From the IMG/VR virus record IMGVR_UViG_3300028394_000055, positions 1-64,000 of that record: a DNA stretch of 64,000 bases, one strand, 5' to 3'. Made by a program: the position numbers and the translations under genes. Positions 39,827-48,949 of the stretch are shown one piece after another. The notes below the pieces were generated by a model. The model did no database searches. It had not been told where the DNA came from and saw nothing but the letters and a program-made list of their open reading frames with translations. The stretch's first letter is position 1. Each line of letters starts with the position of its first letter. Origin of the DNA: a virus.

Positions 39827-40624
39827 GTGAAAACATATGTGGTAAAATTCTGGGGAGGAGCAGGCGGTCATTTTATACAAGAACTTATATTATGTTGCGA
39901 AACTCAGACAGACAAAATTCTAGATTACCCACAAGGTCATGCACATACATTTTTAGGTGAATGGATTAATGAAAATATAGAAAATGCTAAAGAAACCTCT
40001 GATCAGCAACAATTAAAAAAGAATAGTGATTATGATTTTATTATTATTCACGGCGGAAACCCCGACCATATAAAACGTATATATAATAGAGATCCAAAAA
40101 ATTTTAGCATGATTAGAGTAGTTGTAGAAAATATACTTGATGTGGCTCTTTCCGAATATAATCATTTTTATAAGAATCAATATATAGAACCATATAATAA
40201 AGATTATGGACTATTTGAACATTATCAAAGACTGGTAAAAAATAATGTAATTGATAAACAACAAGACTCGATTGAAATGCCCATATGGAAAGATATGTCT
40301 ACAGACAATATAGTGCATATACTTAAAGAAACAACGTTAAAAACATATAATAATAGAGATGATCTAATTAATAAAAAAAATCAATTTACAGAACTTAAAA
40401 AAGAAATAAGTTACGAAGAACTAACAATTAAAGAAATCATGTTTGGTAGTCCAAAAGTTTTAGAAATAATTTCAAAAGTGGTGGGTAAACCCATTACATC
40501 TGCTATGAAAATTAATTTTGACAGATATCATAAAGCCCAGATTGAATTACATCAAATGTATCCCGCTTATACAATTTTGCGGGATACATTTGATCAGTGG
40601 AATCTAGAAATTAAAACCAACTAG
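39827..40624 (+). CDS. Hypothetical protein, paralogue family A (possibly sulfotransferase-like)
   Basis: VKFWGGAGGHFI ... GHAH. Confidence 0.55.
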   Translation: MKTYVVKFWGGAGGHFIQELILCCETQTDKILDYPQGHAHTFLGEWINENIENAKETSDQQQLKKNSDYDFIIIHGGNPDHIKRIYNRDPKNFSMIRVVVENILDVALSEYNHFYKNQYIEPYNKDYGLFEHYQRLVKNNVIDKQQDSIEMPIWKDMSTDNIVHILKETTLKTYNNRDDLINKKNQFTELKKEISYEELTIKEIMFGSPKVLEIISKVVGKPITSAMKINFDRYHKAQIELHQMYPAYTILRDTFDQWNLEIKTN

Positions 40625-41171
40625 ATATTTGCTGTTTGCTTGAATCGGCAATGATCCTATGCCACTGATCCACTTCAGTTAACCCAAATACTATCTCAGG
40701 ACTGGCAGGAATAAAACTCCAACTATGATTAATGGTCCACGGATCTTCACCTAATATTTCACCCTCTATATGCCCGGGCAACCAACGTGTGAATCCCGCT
40801 ACTGCCCTAAAATAAGTAGGACCTTCATTCTTACTAATGGCTGTTAATACTGATATATCACTACTGATTCCAATTTGATCCGTTATCTTATTTGTTGTGG
40901 GACTGAACCAATCTAATGTGTGTATGACGTGTATACGGTTGGTGCTTTCGTGTCCCCCATTATATAACGCTTGATCATTATCCGCTTGTAATCCCACATT
41001 CTTCATGACAGTATTAAATGTTATAGCATCTGAATAAGGCTTGTTGACCTGTAGTCCAATAGCACCCGAACTGTCGTGATCTATAACTAATATAGAACCC
41101 CTACGCAATGTAGACTCCATTCTTTTAGGATGGGCCGCTAACAAATGCCCTTTGTAATTTTGCTCAATCAT
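40611..41171 (-). CDS. YqgE/AlgH (DUF179) family protein
   Basis: G.LL.A.P, DH...GAIGL.VNKP, YNGG, AGF..W.PG..EGEI, SW...PA. Confidence 0.8.
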   Translation of the reverse strand: MIEQNYKGHLLAAHPKRMESTLRRGSILVIDHDSSGAIGLQVNKPYSDAITFNTVMKNVGLQADNDQALYNGGHESTNRIHVIHTLDWFSPTTNKITDQIGISSDISVLTAISKNEGPTYFRAVAGFTRWLPGHIEGEILGEDPWTINHSWSFIPASPEIVFGLTEVDQWHRIIADSSKQQISSWF

Positions 41172-41200
41172 ACAGATATTTAACTGATAAATAACTTGTT

Positions 41201-41890
41201 ATGACTATACTTGACTTTAAATTGGGATTTGAACCACATCAAACACTAAACACTAAATTGTGGAAAGGTGATCAACTACAACCCGAGATTGAATCAGCCT
41301 TGATTAAAGTGGCTAAAGACTTTAAGAAATTTATTGGCGTACCATTTGATGTGGTAGATGTACGTGTTACTGGTGGACAGGTCAGTTACTACTATACAGA
41401 ACATAGCGATTTGGATCTGCATCTTATAGCAGATTATTCCTCTGTTACTTGCGATAGAGAAGCCGCTGAACTGTTTGATGCTAAACGATTACTATACAAA
41501 GCCAAATACGATGTTACAGTTAAAGGCATACCCGTAGAACTATATGTGGAAGATCTGGATCATCCCGCTGTTAGTGCCGCTTATAGTGTGATGAAAAGAA
41601 CTTGGATTACTCATCCAAAAAAAGATATCGGACCCTTTGATGTTAACGAAATAGAACGTATGTCACATATATGGTCCACTGTGATAGGCTACAGTTTAGA
41701 GTCAAATAATGTCGAAACTGCTAAAAAAACTATGAATTTATTACGTAAATTCCGTCATTTAGGCCTCAAATCAGGCGGAGAATATTCTACGGCTAATCTA
41801 GTATATAAAACACTACGTAACAGTGATCTTATTCGTAATCTACAAAATTATATAGATCAAGCACATGATCATAATTTGAGCGTGAGATAG
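41201..41890 (+). CDS. Pol-beta superfamily nucleotidyltransferase-like protein
   Basis: VTGG...YYTEHSDLDLH (DxD) plus a third acidic strand VELYVED. Confidence 0.65.
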   Translation: MTILDFKLGFEPHQTLNTKLWKGDQLQPEIESALIKVAKDFKKFIGVPFDVVDVRVTGGQVSYYYTEHSDLDLHLIADYSSVTCDREAAELFDAKRLLYKAKYDVTVKGIPVELYVEDLDHPAVSAAYSVMKRTWITHPKKDIGPFDVNEIERMSHIWSTVIGYSLESNNVETAKKTMNLLRKFRHLGLKSGGEYSTANLVYKTLRNSDLIRNLQNYIDQAHDHNLSVR

Positions 41891-41953
41891 ATTGAAGACG
41901 CTTACCTCGCGAAGCGAAAGCGCAAAAAAATTATTCTAGGCTATTAAAACCCA

Positions 41954-42502
41954 CTATAATAGTTCAACTATAAGTCTACGTGTATTCATAGCATGATCTA
42001 TCCTAGCCTGTAGATCCAATTGCAATTGCTCTATAGTAACATCCAAGGTTAATCCCACTTTGAAGGCTAATCCACCGGCAGCAGACCACGAATCACAATT
42101 ATCCACCCTGTCATCAACTAATATATCATTGGGCTGACAATGCTTATATTTGTCCTCACTATAGGGACCAAAATGCACTGCTATATCGGGAAAATACTTT
42201 TTAACCCACTCGATCTTATCATAGAACGTCCAGGGCACATCATTGTTATGGGGTATAGCCGTTAAAAATAATAACTCCCAACCTAATCGGTCTCTATACT
42301 CTCGCGCTATATCCACTAATTCATTAGCACGGGACATTAGGGGTAAGTTTAAAAATATATGTGGATCACTACGTAACTTGTCCCAATCAACAGCATTATA
42401 TCTTTGTTTTGGATCAAAACAATCATATCCTATTACACGTACAGCGTTGGCCCGCCAATCCGCTACTACTCCATCCATGTCTAAATATATTGTATTGGTC
42501 AT
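41954..42502 (-). CDS. HAD-family 5'(3')-deoxyribonucleotidase
   Basis: YLDMDGVVAD, LTA, K..W, ILVDDR. Confidence 0.85.
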   Translation of the reverse strand: MTNTIYLDMDGVVADWRANAVRVIGYDCFDPKQRYNAVDWDKLRSDPHIFLNLPLMSRANELVDIAREYRDRLGWELLFLTAIPHNNDVPWTFYDKIEWVKKYFPDIAVHFGPYSEDKYKHCQPNDILVDDRVDNCDSWSAAGGLAFKVGLTLDVTIEQLQLDLQARIDHAMNTRRLIVELL

Positions 42503-43248
42503 ATTATTGATTCCATTGCCTTATTACGCTGATCTACATATCTCTTATAATTATCTCTAACCTGTGGATCTACATGGCTAACTTGAGTATATTCAATCAG
42601 TTGATCCAATACTAGCCACGAATCTACCCCTATAGGGGTGTATATGTCACTGTAATTGATTACTAGTTGATTGGGGGTGGATGTTCTATTATAATTGATA
42701 AACTTCCAATAATTTGGATCATTTAACATCCATTTGTGTGTAAGTGCTACCATACGGCGACTTTCTTCACCACTGATATTGTCGATTGAACCTTTTAACC
42801 AATCAAAACCTATGGCCTCTAGATATATGCCCTTGAACTTATCTTCTGCACCACTGGTGAATTTATCCCAGGGCCAATCTCTATAATCTATTGATTGCTG
42901 GTCTACATATTTGTGTAAATTTAGAATTTTCTGCTCTCCAACTCTAAAGTCATCCACAATATTCTTTTGAAAATTATTGTAGGCAATTTCTTCTAAATCA
43001 TCAGCATTGATGACTATTATTATATACTTTATTTCGGGCCGAATTACTTCAGGCAATTGATGCCAACTGCGATACTTTGAACCAGTATAATAAAAAAAAC
43101 TTCCTGGATTGTTATTTTGAAAATCATGAGCCGAATTGTTACTATATTCAACAGGTGCAGGGTCTACTAGTAATCCATATAATATGGTCATTATGAATCT
43201 ACCACAAGAACCTGGTAAAAAATGAACACTATATTGAAACTTGCTCAT
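42499..43248 (-). CDS. Hypothetical protein, paralogue family A
   Basis: YSVHFLPGSCGRFIMTILYGLL ... SAHDFQ. Confidence 0.6.
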   Translation of the reverse strand: MSKFQYSVHFLPGSCGRFIMTILYGLLVDPAPVEYSNNSAHDFQNNNPGSFFYYTGSKYRSWHQLPEVIRPEIKYIIIVINADDLEEIAYNNFQKNIVDDFRVGEQKILNLHKYVDQQSIDYRDWPWDKFTSGAEDKFKGIYLEAIGFDWLKGSIDNISGEESRRMVALTHKWMLNDPNYWKFINYNRTSTPNQLVINYSDIYTPIGVDSWLVLDQLIEYTQVSHVDPQVRDNYKRYVDQRNKAMESII

Positions 43249-43993
43249 GATGTTCTACTGCTTGATTACGCTGACTTACATATTGCCTATAATTACTTAA
43301 CACTATTGGATTTACATCTTTAACTTGAGCATACTTTACTAATTGATCTAATGCAATCCATGAATCACTGCCAGTTGCTCGAAATATATCACCATACTCA
43401 ATAACTAATAAGTTTTTAGCAGTGATCTGTATTGGATCTAAAAATGCATTAACTTTTGGATCATTTAACATCCATTCGTACATCTGCTCTTCCATTGCTT
43501 GTTGTTCATCTACTGTAAGATCATCTGTTGAGTTTTTAACCCACTTGATGCCTGTAGCCTCTTGATATAAATCACGAAATATCTTTAGTGCATTATTTTC
43601 ATATCGTTCTATGTCCCAATTTGAATAATCTATATTTTTATTGTTTAGATAGTTTTTTAAATTTTTTCTTTTCTTTTCAATATTTTGAACATTGTATATG
43701 ATGTTTTTGTACATCATATTTCTGGCTATTTCTTTTAATAAACTGGAATTATAACTGATTATGATGTATTTGGTGTCAGGAGAAAAATTTTTGGGAAAAT
43801 CATGCCAGGTGGCAATCCCTTCAACAAAATAATAAAAACGATTTGGATTACAACTTTGAAAATCATGTGCTGAATTATGTGTGTATTTGATTTCTATCGG
43901 ATCTCTTAATAAACCATCTAAGATGGTCATTATAAATCTACCACTGGCCCCCGCTGGAAAATATACACTATACTTTACTTGTTGATTATTCAT
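43229..43993 (-). CDS. Hypothetical protein, paralogue family A (tandem duplicate)
   Basis: YSVYFPAGASGRFIMTILDGLL ... SAHDFQ. Confidence 0.6.
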   Translation of the reverse strand: MNNQQVKYSVYFPAGASGRFIMTILDGLLRDPIEIKYTHNSAHDFQSCNPNRFYYFVEGIATWHDFPKNFSPDTKYIIISYNSSLLKEIARNMMYKNIIYNVQNIEKKRKNLKNYLNNKNIDYSNWDIERYENNALKIFRDLYQEATGIKWVKNSTDDLTVDEQQAMEEQMYEWMLNDPKVNAFLDPIQITAKNLLVIEYGDIFRATGSDSWIALDQLVKYAQVKDVNPIVLSNYRQYVSQRNQAVEHHEQVSI

Positions 43994-44426
43994 AACTGTA
44001 ATTTACACTGTCCTCATTGACGTTTAATACGCTGGCACCATTACGTAAATGAAATACTCGAGCCATCTCAGTGGGTGGACTTAATGTTACATACTTCTTT
44101 ATATAACTCCTACTACTCTCTATGTGCCGTTTTGCCGCAACTATTAACTTCCTGCCTGCTCCTTGTTGATAACTCCATATGGTGTAGAACACTGCTACAC
44201 TGGGCTTATACGATGCAAACTCTAATAACTCTTCTCGACTTCTGGGCACTGCGTCTCTATATAATACACATACTACTGCTGTGGGCTTACCATACTCATC
44301 ACTGGCAACTATGATTTCACTGACTTCACTGACCCGAAAATCAGCACTAATTTCCGGACGTACTGGATCATCCTTTATTAAGACTAATAATGGATCTGAT
44401 AATGAATTGATGGTGTGTAATGACAT
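43986..44426 (-). CDS. GNAT/malonyl-CoA-decarboxylase-like fold protein
   Basis: AVFYTIWS...GAGRKLI...YVTLSP. Confidence 0.5.
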   Translation of the reverse strand: MSLHTINSLSDPLLVLIKDDPVRPEISADFRVSEVSEIIVASDEYGKPTAVVCVLYRDAVPRSREELLEFASYKPSVAVFYTIWSYQQGAGRKLIVAAKRHIESSRSYIKKYVTLSPPTEMARVFHLRNGASVLNVNEDSVNYSYE

Positions 44427-44517
44427 AATACACGTACTTATCTAAATTGGTGGAAAAATGTGTATATATAGGTCAACAACTATATACACAGTGAATGATA
44501 CATTGTATACTATGTGT

Positions 44518-44742
44518 ATGAACAATACAAATAAAACTTTTATCAGTCTTACCAATAGTACTCCAGCACATAGAGGTAATCGAATTGCTATAGCTAACGA
44601 ACTGGTGGTCACTGTACATAACGCTTTGGCTACTAGAGAAGATGGATTGACCGAAATGGTTACTTATGTGTTTTGCCCTCCTCACGGTACTTGGGAAGTG
44701 AGCGAAACTTACGAAGAAGTTATGGCGCAATTGACGACATAA
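44518..44742 (+). CDS. Small FlbD-like protein
   Basis: FISLT...I..ELVVTV...EVSETYEEV pattern; TATACT 6 nt before ATG. Confidence 0.45.
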   Translation: MNNTNKTFISLTNSTPAHRGNRIAIANELVVTVHNALATREDGLTEMVTYVFCPPHGTWEVSETYEEVMAQLTT

Positions 44743-44744
44743 CT

Positions 44745-45011
44745 ATGTCATTGTGCTATGCTTGTAGATCTACTATAGACAGTTTGGCTATACGTTGCCC
44801 TTACTGTACTAGTGAGGTGGCGGCATATTCAGGTAATCAACCTACAATATCAAAATTGATTACAATACCTAGACAAGTATCAAAAACAGAATTAACTTTC
44901 CAAACAATATCGGCTATTGTGATCGCTGCTGGAGTTTCATGGGTTTTCCACTCTTGGTATTGCTTTTGTATTTTGATCTTTATTATAGTGTGGATGAATT
45001 TAACAGAATAA
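44745..45011 (+). CDS. Zn-ribbon membrane protein
   Basis: CxxC...CxxC followed by hydrophobic C-terminal helices. Confidence 0.55.
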   Translation: MSLCYACRSTIDSLAIRCPYCTSEVAAYSGNQPTISKLITIPRQVSKTELTFQTISAIVIAAGVSWVFHSWYCFCILIFIIVWMNLTE

Positions 45012-45196
45012 CAGCCCGAGACCTATATAGCAATACAAAAAAATTGCCGCGCAAAATTTTAGAGAGTTGGAGATCTCGGCCCCTGGTGATCTAGTCTAAC
45101 TCGACTTTTTTAGGGGGTGAAAATCGCTTGCTCAAACTTGCTTGCTAGGGCTTGCGGGCAGAGACACCACCTGGTGCCCCACCACCACCCCACCGG

Positions 45197-45466
45197 TCAG
45201 GCATCTTCAAGATCGAAAGTTTGCTCCGGTTGAGTCAATTCTGAATCACCGTAGACATCAAAGCCTTCAGCCTCCAGTTGATCGCAAGCCTCGTAGAATA
45301 GTTGTTGGACCATGCGTACCTTAGCGGCTATCAGCGTGTCCTTCTTACGCTTACGCCCGCTACCTACCTTGTAGACTACAGCGTAGTGATCAGCGCAGTA
45401 ACTACGACCCTCTAGTGCAGGATGTGTACAGCGTGGGCCTGAGCCTATGTATGTGCATGTAGTCAT
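45197..45466 (-). CDS. Small Cys/His protein (GcrA C-terminal-like motif)
   Basis: C..IG...C.HP..EGRSYCADHY..VY. Confidence 0.5.
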   Translation of the reverse strand: MTTCTYIGSGPRCTHPALEGRSYCADHYAVVYKVGSGRKRKKDTLIAAKVRMVQQLFYEACDQLEAEGFDVYGDSELTQPEQTFDLEDA

Positions 45467-45714
45467 TAGTCTTCCGTCCTTGCTTTGATTACCAGTTCGA
45501 TCATGTCCTTGCGCTGTTCTTCAGTCATGTCCACCCACATCTCTACAGCAGTGGCCACACCGGACTCAACACCGTCTCGGTAGTGTAGTAGATTACTACA
45601 CATCATCATAGCAAAGATACACCAGAACTCCCAGGTGTCTATGGTATGGCCCATGGCCACTAGGGCCAAGCCCAGTGTAGTGGCTATGGCCAATCGTTGT
45701 AGTGTTTCGTTCAT
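45466..45714 (-). CDS. Small membrane protein
   Basis: Two hydrophobic segments; TAATG overlaps. Confidence 0.55.
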   Translation of the reverse strand: MNETLQRLAIATTLGLALVAMGHTIDTWEFWCIFAMMMCSNLLHYRDGVESGVATAVEMWVDMTEEQRKDMIELVIKARTED

Positions 45715-46583
45715 TAGCGTTTCATACAAGTGGTCTTTACCATTGCGGTCCAGTTGTTGGGGAAGCCTTTGCGTAGGTCAGCGATCTTCAACACCATACG
45801 CAGGCTCAGTTCACGTAGACGATCTTGATTCTGTTCTACGAACTCAATCAGTTCGTCCTCTACACAGGGTTGGAACTCATAGCGTTCCAGCATCTGTCCT
45901 TGCTTGACCACTTGCCGGATACGTAGGATCTTCTCACGATTGGTATCCATTTGGAGATCAATGTAGTGGCAACGGCTTTCCAATGCATCCAAGTGATCGC
46001 GTAGTTTCTTTGATCGTACGTGTTCGAACTTGATGTTAGTGATAAAGATAGCAGCACCTTTGAACTCAAAGCGATCTGGGATACCTTCACTACGCAGGAT
46101 GCGACTGTCAGTGTTCCAGCTGATGAACCTGCGACTACCGCTGTCCAAAGCACCCTTAAGGATGTTGAGGCTCAGGTCTTCCATAAGGATTGAGTCACAG
46201 TCGTCAAAGACCACAACGTTGCCTTCAGCGGCAAACTCATAGAGTTTAGAGTAGAGTCCGATGCTGGACATGGCACCCTTGACTACTTCGAACTTGGGTT
46301 TCTTCTCTGCTAGGATGTTGAACAGTTCGCTTTTTAGCAGGACCTTCTCAACGCCGAAGCTTTTGCCCACACCTGGAGGGCCACTGACAATCATAGCACG
46401 GATCTGTCCGTCTTTGACTGCCTTGGTCATCAGGTCCAGGATCTCAAAGCGTTCGCCCAGTCGTTGGTAGATCTGCTCGTCTGTTTCTTTAGCCACAGCG
46501 GCTTCGGTACGACGGATTGCATCTGTGTCGAACTCTAGTACTGTAGCGCCTTTGCTGGGTTTCTGTGATGCTTTGGTTGCCAT
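45714..46583 (-). CDS. AAA+/P-loop ATPase
   Basis: GPPGVGKS Walker A, VVFDDCD Walker B, FITN sensor, ALESR arginine finger. Confidence 0.85.
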   Translation of the reverse strand: MATKASQKPSKGATVLEFDTDAIRRTEAAVAKETDEQIYQRLGERFEILDLMTKAVKDGQIRAMIVSGPPGVGKSFGVEKVLLKSELFNILAEKKPKFEVVKGAMSSIGLYSKLYEFAAEGNVVVFDDCDSILMEDLSLNILKGALDSGSRRFISWNTDSRILRSEGIPDRFEFKGAAIFITNIKFEHVRSKKLRDHLDALESRCHYIDLQMDTNREKILRIRQVVKQGQMLERYEFQPCVEDELIEFVEQNQDRLRELSLRMVLKIADLRKGFPNNWTAMVKTTCMKR

Positions 46584-46641
46584 GTCTTGCCTTTCTGTTT
46601 AAAAGTGTTATTGTAACAGGGAGTTGCCTCCCTGTCTATGT

Positions 46642-46986
46642 TCAATCTGCCCGACCGCCTGCGTAGGCTGTGACACCCAGTCGTTCTTTCAAAATCTTTG
46701 CAGCCGCCGATGCACCTGCTTCTTTCACTGACATGCTCTGGGTACCGTGACCACTTGGGTTCCACCATTGCAGGCCGCCACCGTAGGCTTTCTTAAAGCC
46801 TGCTTTGATCAATGCGCGGCCCAGTTTGGTTGAGCCTTTCTCGTAGACGTTAACCCAGGCAAAGCCGCAGTACCAATCTTCACCGTGTTTGGTGATGTAG
46901 TCCTGAGCGGCCTGGGCGGCGGCTTGTTGGGCTTCGCGGATAGCGTCGTTGACGATCTTCTGTACTTGAGTTGCTGTGAGTCCCAT
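46642..46986 (-). CDS. Hypothetical early protein (CGFAWV motif)
   Basis: Own promoter and AAGGAG RBS. Confidence 0.75.
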   Translation of the reverse strand: MGLTATQVQKIVNDAIREAQQAAAQAAQDYITKHGEDWYCGFAWVNVYEKGSTKLGRALIKAGFKKAYGGGLQWWNPSGHGTQSMSVKEAGASAAAKILKERLGVTAYAGGRAD

Positions 46987-47060
46987 TTAGTGCTCCTTAG
47001 TGTGTAAGTAAGTATTATAAGCGAGAACAGCACACTTGTCAAGTGTGCTAGTAATAACCC

Positions 47061-47231
47061 TTAGGCTGTCTGGGTCTCTACAAATTGCATAAGTTCCTCG
47101 TATGTAAGTTCGTATGCATTTGCAAGTTCCGCGTCCAATTCCTCAAAATTGTCCCCTAAATAGTTAATAGTTTGTACTAGGGACATTCCGCTGTCTTTTG
47201 CAAACTGTGCAACAATTACTAAGTGTTTCAT
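47061..47231 (-). CDS. 56-aa hypothetical early protein (not in ORF track)
   Basis: MKHLVIVAQF...VETQTA; own promoter and AAGGA RBS. Confidence 0.65.
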   Translation of the reverse strand: MKHLVIVAQFAKDSGMSLVQTINYLGDNFEELDAELANAYELTYEELMQFVETQTA

Positions 47232-47268
47232 ATGTGTTCCTTTTTGTTTATGTGTGTATTATAGCAGT

Positions 47269-47436
47269 TTAGTCTGCTGCTGTCAAGTCTTTTTGTGTAA
47301 AGTTAAACAGTTTGTTGTATGTAGCAACCAACTCGTCGTCGGTCATTTTATAGCAAACACTATTTGTATCGTATTCCATTTTAATATTATACATCATTTG
47401 CCAACGTGTTAGTCCGTTACTTAATACTTTTCTCAT
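47269..47436 (-). CDS. 55-aa hypothetical early protein (not in ORF track)
   Basis: MRKVLSNGLT...KDLTAAD; own promoter and AAGGA RBS. Confidence 0.6.
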   Translation of the reverse strand: MRKVLSNGLTRWQMMYNIKMEYDTNSVCYKMTDDELVATYNKLFNFTQKDLTAAD

Positions 47437-47522
47437 TATGTTCCTTTTTGTTTAAGTGTGTATTATAACGCAAAAAAGCACATTTGTCAAATGTGCTGTT
47501 AATAACCCTGAGGGCAGTGTGG

Positions 47523-47693
47523 TTATTTCTTGGTCGTTGGAGCCTGCTGTATCTGCACACAGGTGCCTTTGAATTGCTGTTTCTGCAGGTCTTGTAGTGC
47601 GGCTTGACACACCGCCTGCTGTTCAAACTGCCCTATGTAGGTCACGCTGGGTGCTGTGGTTCCTATGCCGATGAGTGCTATTGCCCAGAACAT
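47523..47693 (-). CDS. 56-aa putative exported/membrane peptide (not in ORF track)
   Basis: MFWAIALIGIG...C...C; AAGGA RBS. Confidence 0.55.
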   Translation of the reverse strand: MFWAIALIGIGTTAPSVTYIGQFEQQAVCQAALQDLQKQQFKGTCVQIQQAPTTKK

Positions 47694-47694
47694 A

Positions 47695-47925
47695 TCAATC
47701 CTTCTTGGTTAGGGCGGCCTTGAACAGGGTGGCCTTGAACAGGATGCCGCATAGGAACTGGATGCCCCAAGCCTGTAGCCACGTGACTTCTTTAACGCCA
47801 TCTACAGCACCTACCAAGCATCCATTCCACAGCATCATCACGGGCCAGGATAGCACAAAGGATAGGAACAGCAGGGTGGCAACGCCGACTACCATTGCGG
47901 TGAGTGCTACAATTACGTCTTTCAT
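47695..47925 (-). CDS. Small membrane protein
   Basis: Hydrophobic; LWN...VTWLQAWGI; GAGG RBS. Confidence 0.7.
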   Translation of the reverse strand: MKDVIVALTAMVVGVATLLFLSFVLSWPVMMLWNGCLVGAVDGVKEVTWLQAWGIQFLCGILFKATLFKAALTKKD

Positions 47926-47934
47926 ATTGACCTC

Positions 47935-48036
47935 TTACAAAAATATGTACACGATGGCATAACCTACGGGCAACAGGCAAAGTGTTCCCACAGTTAGAAC
48001 AATGGCAAAATCTAGTGTGTCTTTTAACAGTTGCAT
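47935..48036 (-). CDS. 33-aa single-TM peptide (not in ORF track)
   Basis: MQLLKDTLDFAIVLTVGTLCLLPVGYAIVYIFL; own promoter and AGGAG RBS. Confidence 0.55.
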   Translation of the reverse strand: MQLLKDTLDFAIVLTVGTLCLLPVGYAIVYIFL

Positions 48037-48064
48037 CTCTATCTCCTAAAAATGTATTATAACA

Positions 48065-48283
48065 CTAAATGCGGAATTGGTCAAGCATTTCTTTTGCCTC
48101 ATTGACCTCAGTGATCTCATCGGCAAAGGCCATGATCATCAACTGGATCAGTGATCGGCACTCAAGACGTTCTGCCCGGGGCAGGGTAGCGATGAATGCT
48201 TCCACAGCATTGTATTCCTCCAAGGACCACATGATGTCGCATAGGGCCTTTTGCTTGTGGGTTAGTCCAGTAATTAGTTTCAT
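48065..48283 (-). CDS. Hypothetical early protein
   Basis: Own promoter and AGGAG RBS. Confidence 0.7.
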   Translation of the reverse strand: MKLITGLTHKQKALCDIMWSLEEYNAVEAFIATLPRAERLECRSLIQLMIMAFADEITEVNEAKEMLDQFRI

Positions 48284-48323
48284 CGTCGTCTCCTAAAATT
48301 GTATTATAGCAGGGTTCTAGGGT

Positions 48324-48518
48324 TCAGTCAACCGGTTTGAATGTCCGGCCTTTTAGGTCAAGTACCAAGGGTGTCTTGAACTTGAACACTTGGTTTGATC
48401 CTTGTGGCACGTAGGCCAAGGCACTTGCACTTCGTTCTCCGGGCTTGCCCTTGAAGATGTAGATGTGATTGCCACCTTGCCCATCGGGCCACCGGGTGGT
48501 CTCTTGTAGGACGATCAC
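48324..48518 (-). CDS. Hypothetical early protein
   Basis: GTGA overlap with upstream gene. Confidence 0.6.
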   Translation of the reverse strand: MIVLQETTRWPDGQGGNHIYIFKGKPGERSASALAYVPQGSNQVFKFKTPLVLDLKGRTFKPVD

Positions 48519-48736
48519 AGGGCACCGGCCTTGCGGAACATGTCCATGAACGCCGTGTTGATCAAGTCCATCTCCTCTTGCTCTACGTAGAAGTCCGTGG
48601 TGGGATCGTAGTACATGCCTTCCTTGTTGTCGTAGTACAGAACACGACCTGAGAAGTTGAACGGACCTTCCAGTCCCTTGCGGGGACCATACTTGTCACG
48701 CATACGATCTACGGTGTCCATTACGCGATATCCCAT
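48515..48736 (-). CDS. Hypothetical early protein (YYD..EG.YYDP motif)
   Basis: Own promoter and AAGGAG RBS. Confidence 0.75.
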   Translation of the reverse strand: MGYRVMDTVDRMRDKYGPRKGLEGPFNFSGRVLYYDNKEGMYYDPTTDFYVEQEEMDLINTAFMDMFRKAGAL

Positions 48737-48772
48737 GCTGTGCTCCTTAGTGTGTAAGTATGTATTATAAGG

Positions 48773-48949
48773 TCAAACACCCACTATGTCAACCAGTTCT
48801 TCCCAGGCTTCTTCGATGGTGTCAAAGCCGCAGACATCATAGGATCCATCGTAGAGTCGAACATAGAACTTGCCGTTGCCCGGACTGGCTTCTGTATCCA
48901 AGCCCGCTTCGCCCACGCTGGGGATAACTCGCATGGTCTGATCAGTCAT
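48773..48949 (-). CDS. Hypothetical early protein
   Basis: Start moved to ATGA overlap (MTDQTM...). Confidence 0.6.
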   Translation of the reverse strand: MTDQTMRVIPSVGEAGLDTEASPGNGKFYVRLYDGSYDVCGFDTIEEAWEELVDIVGV

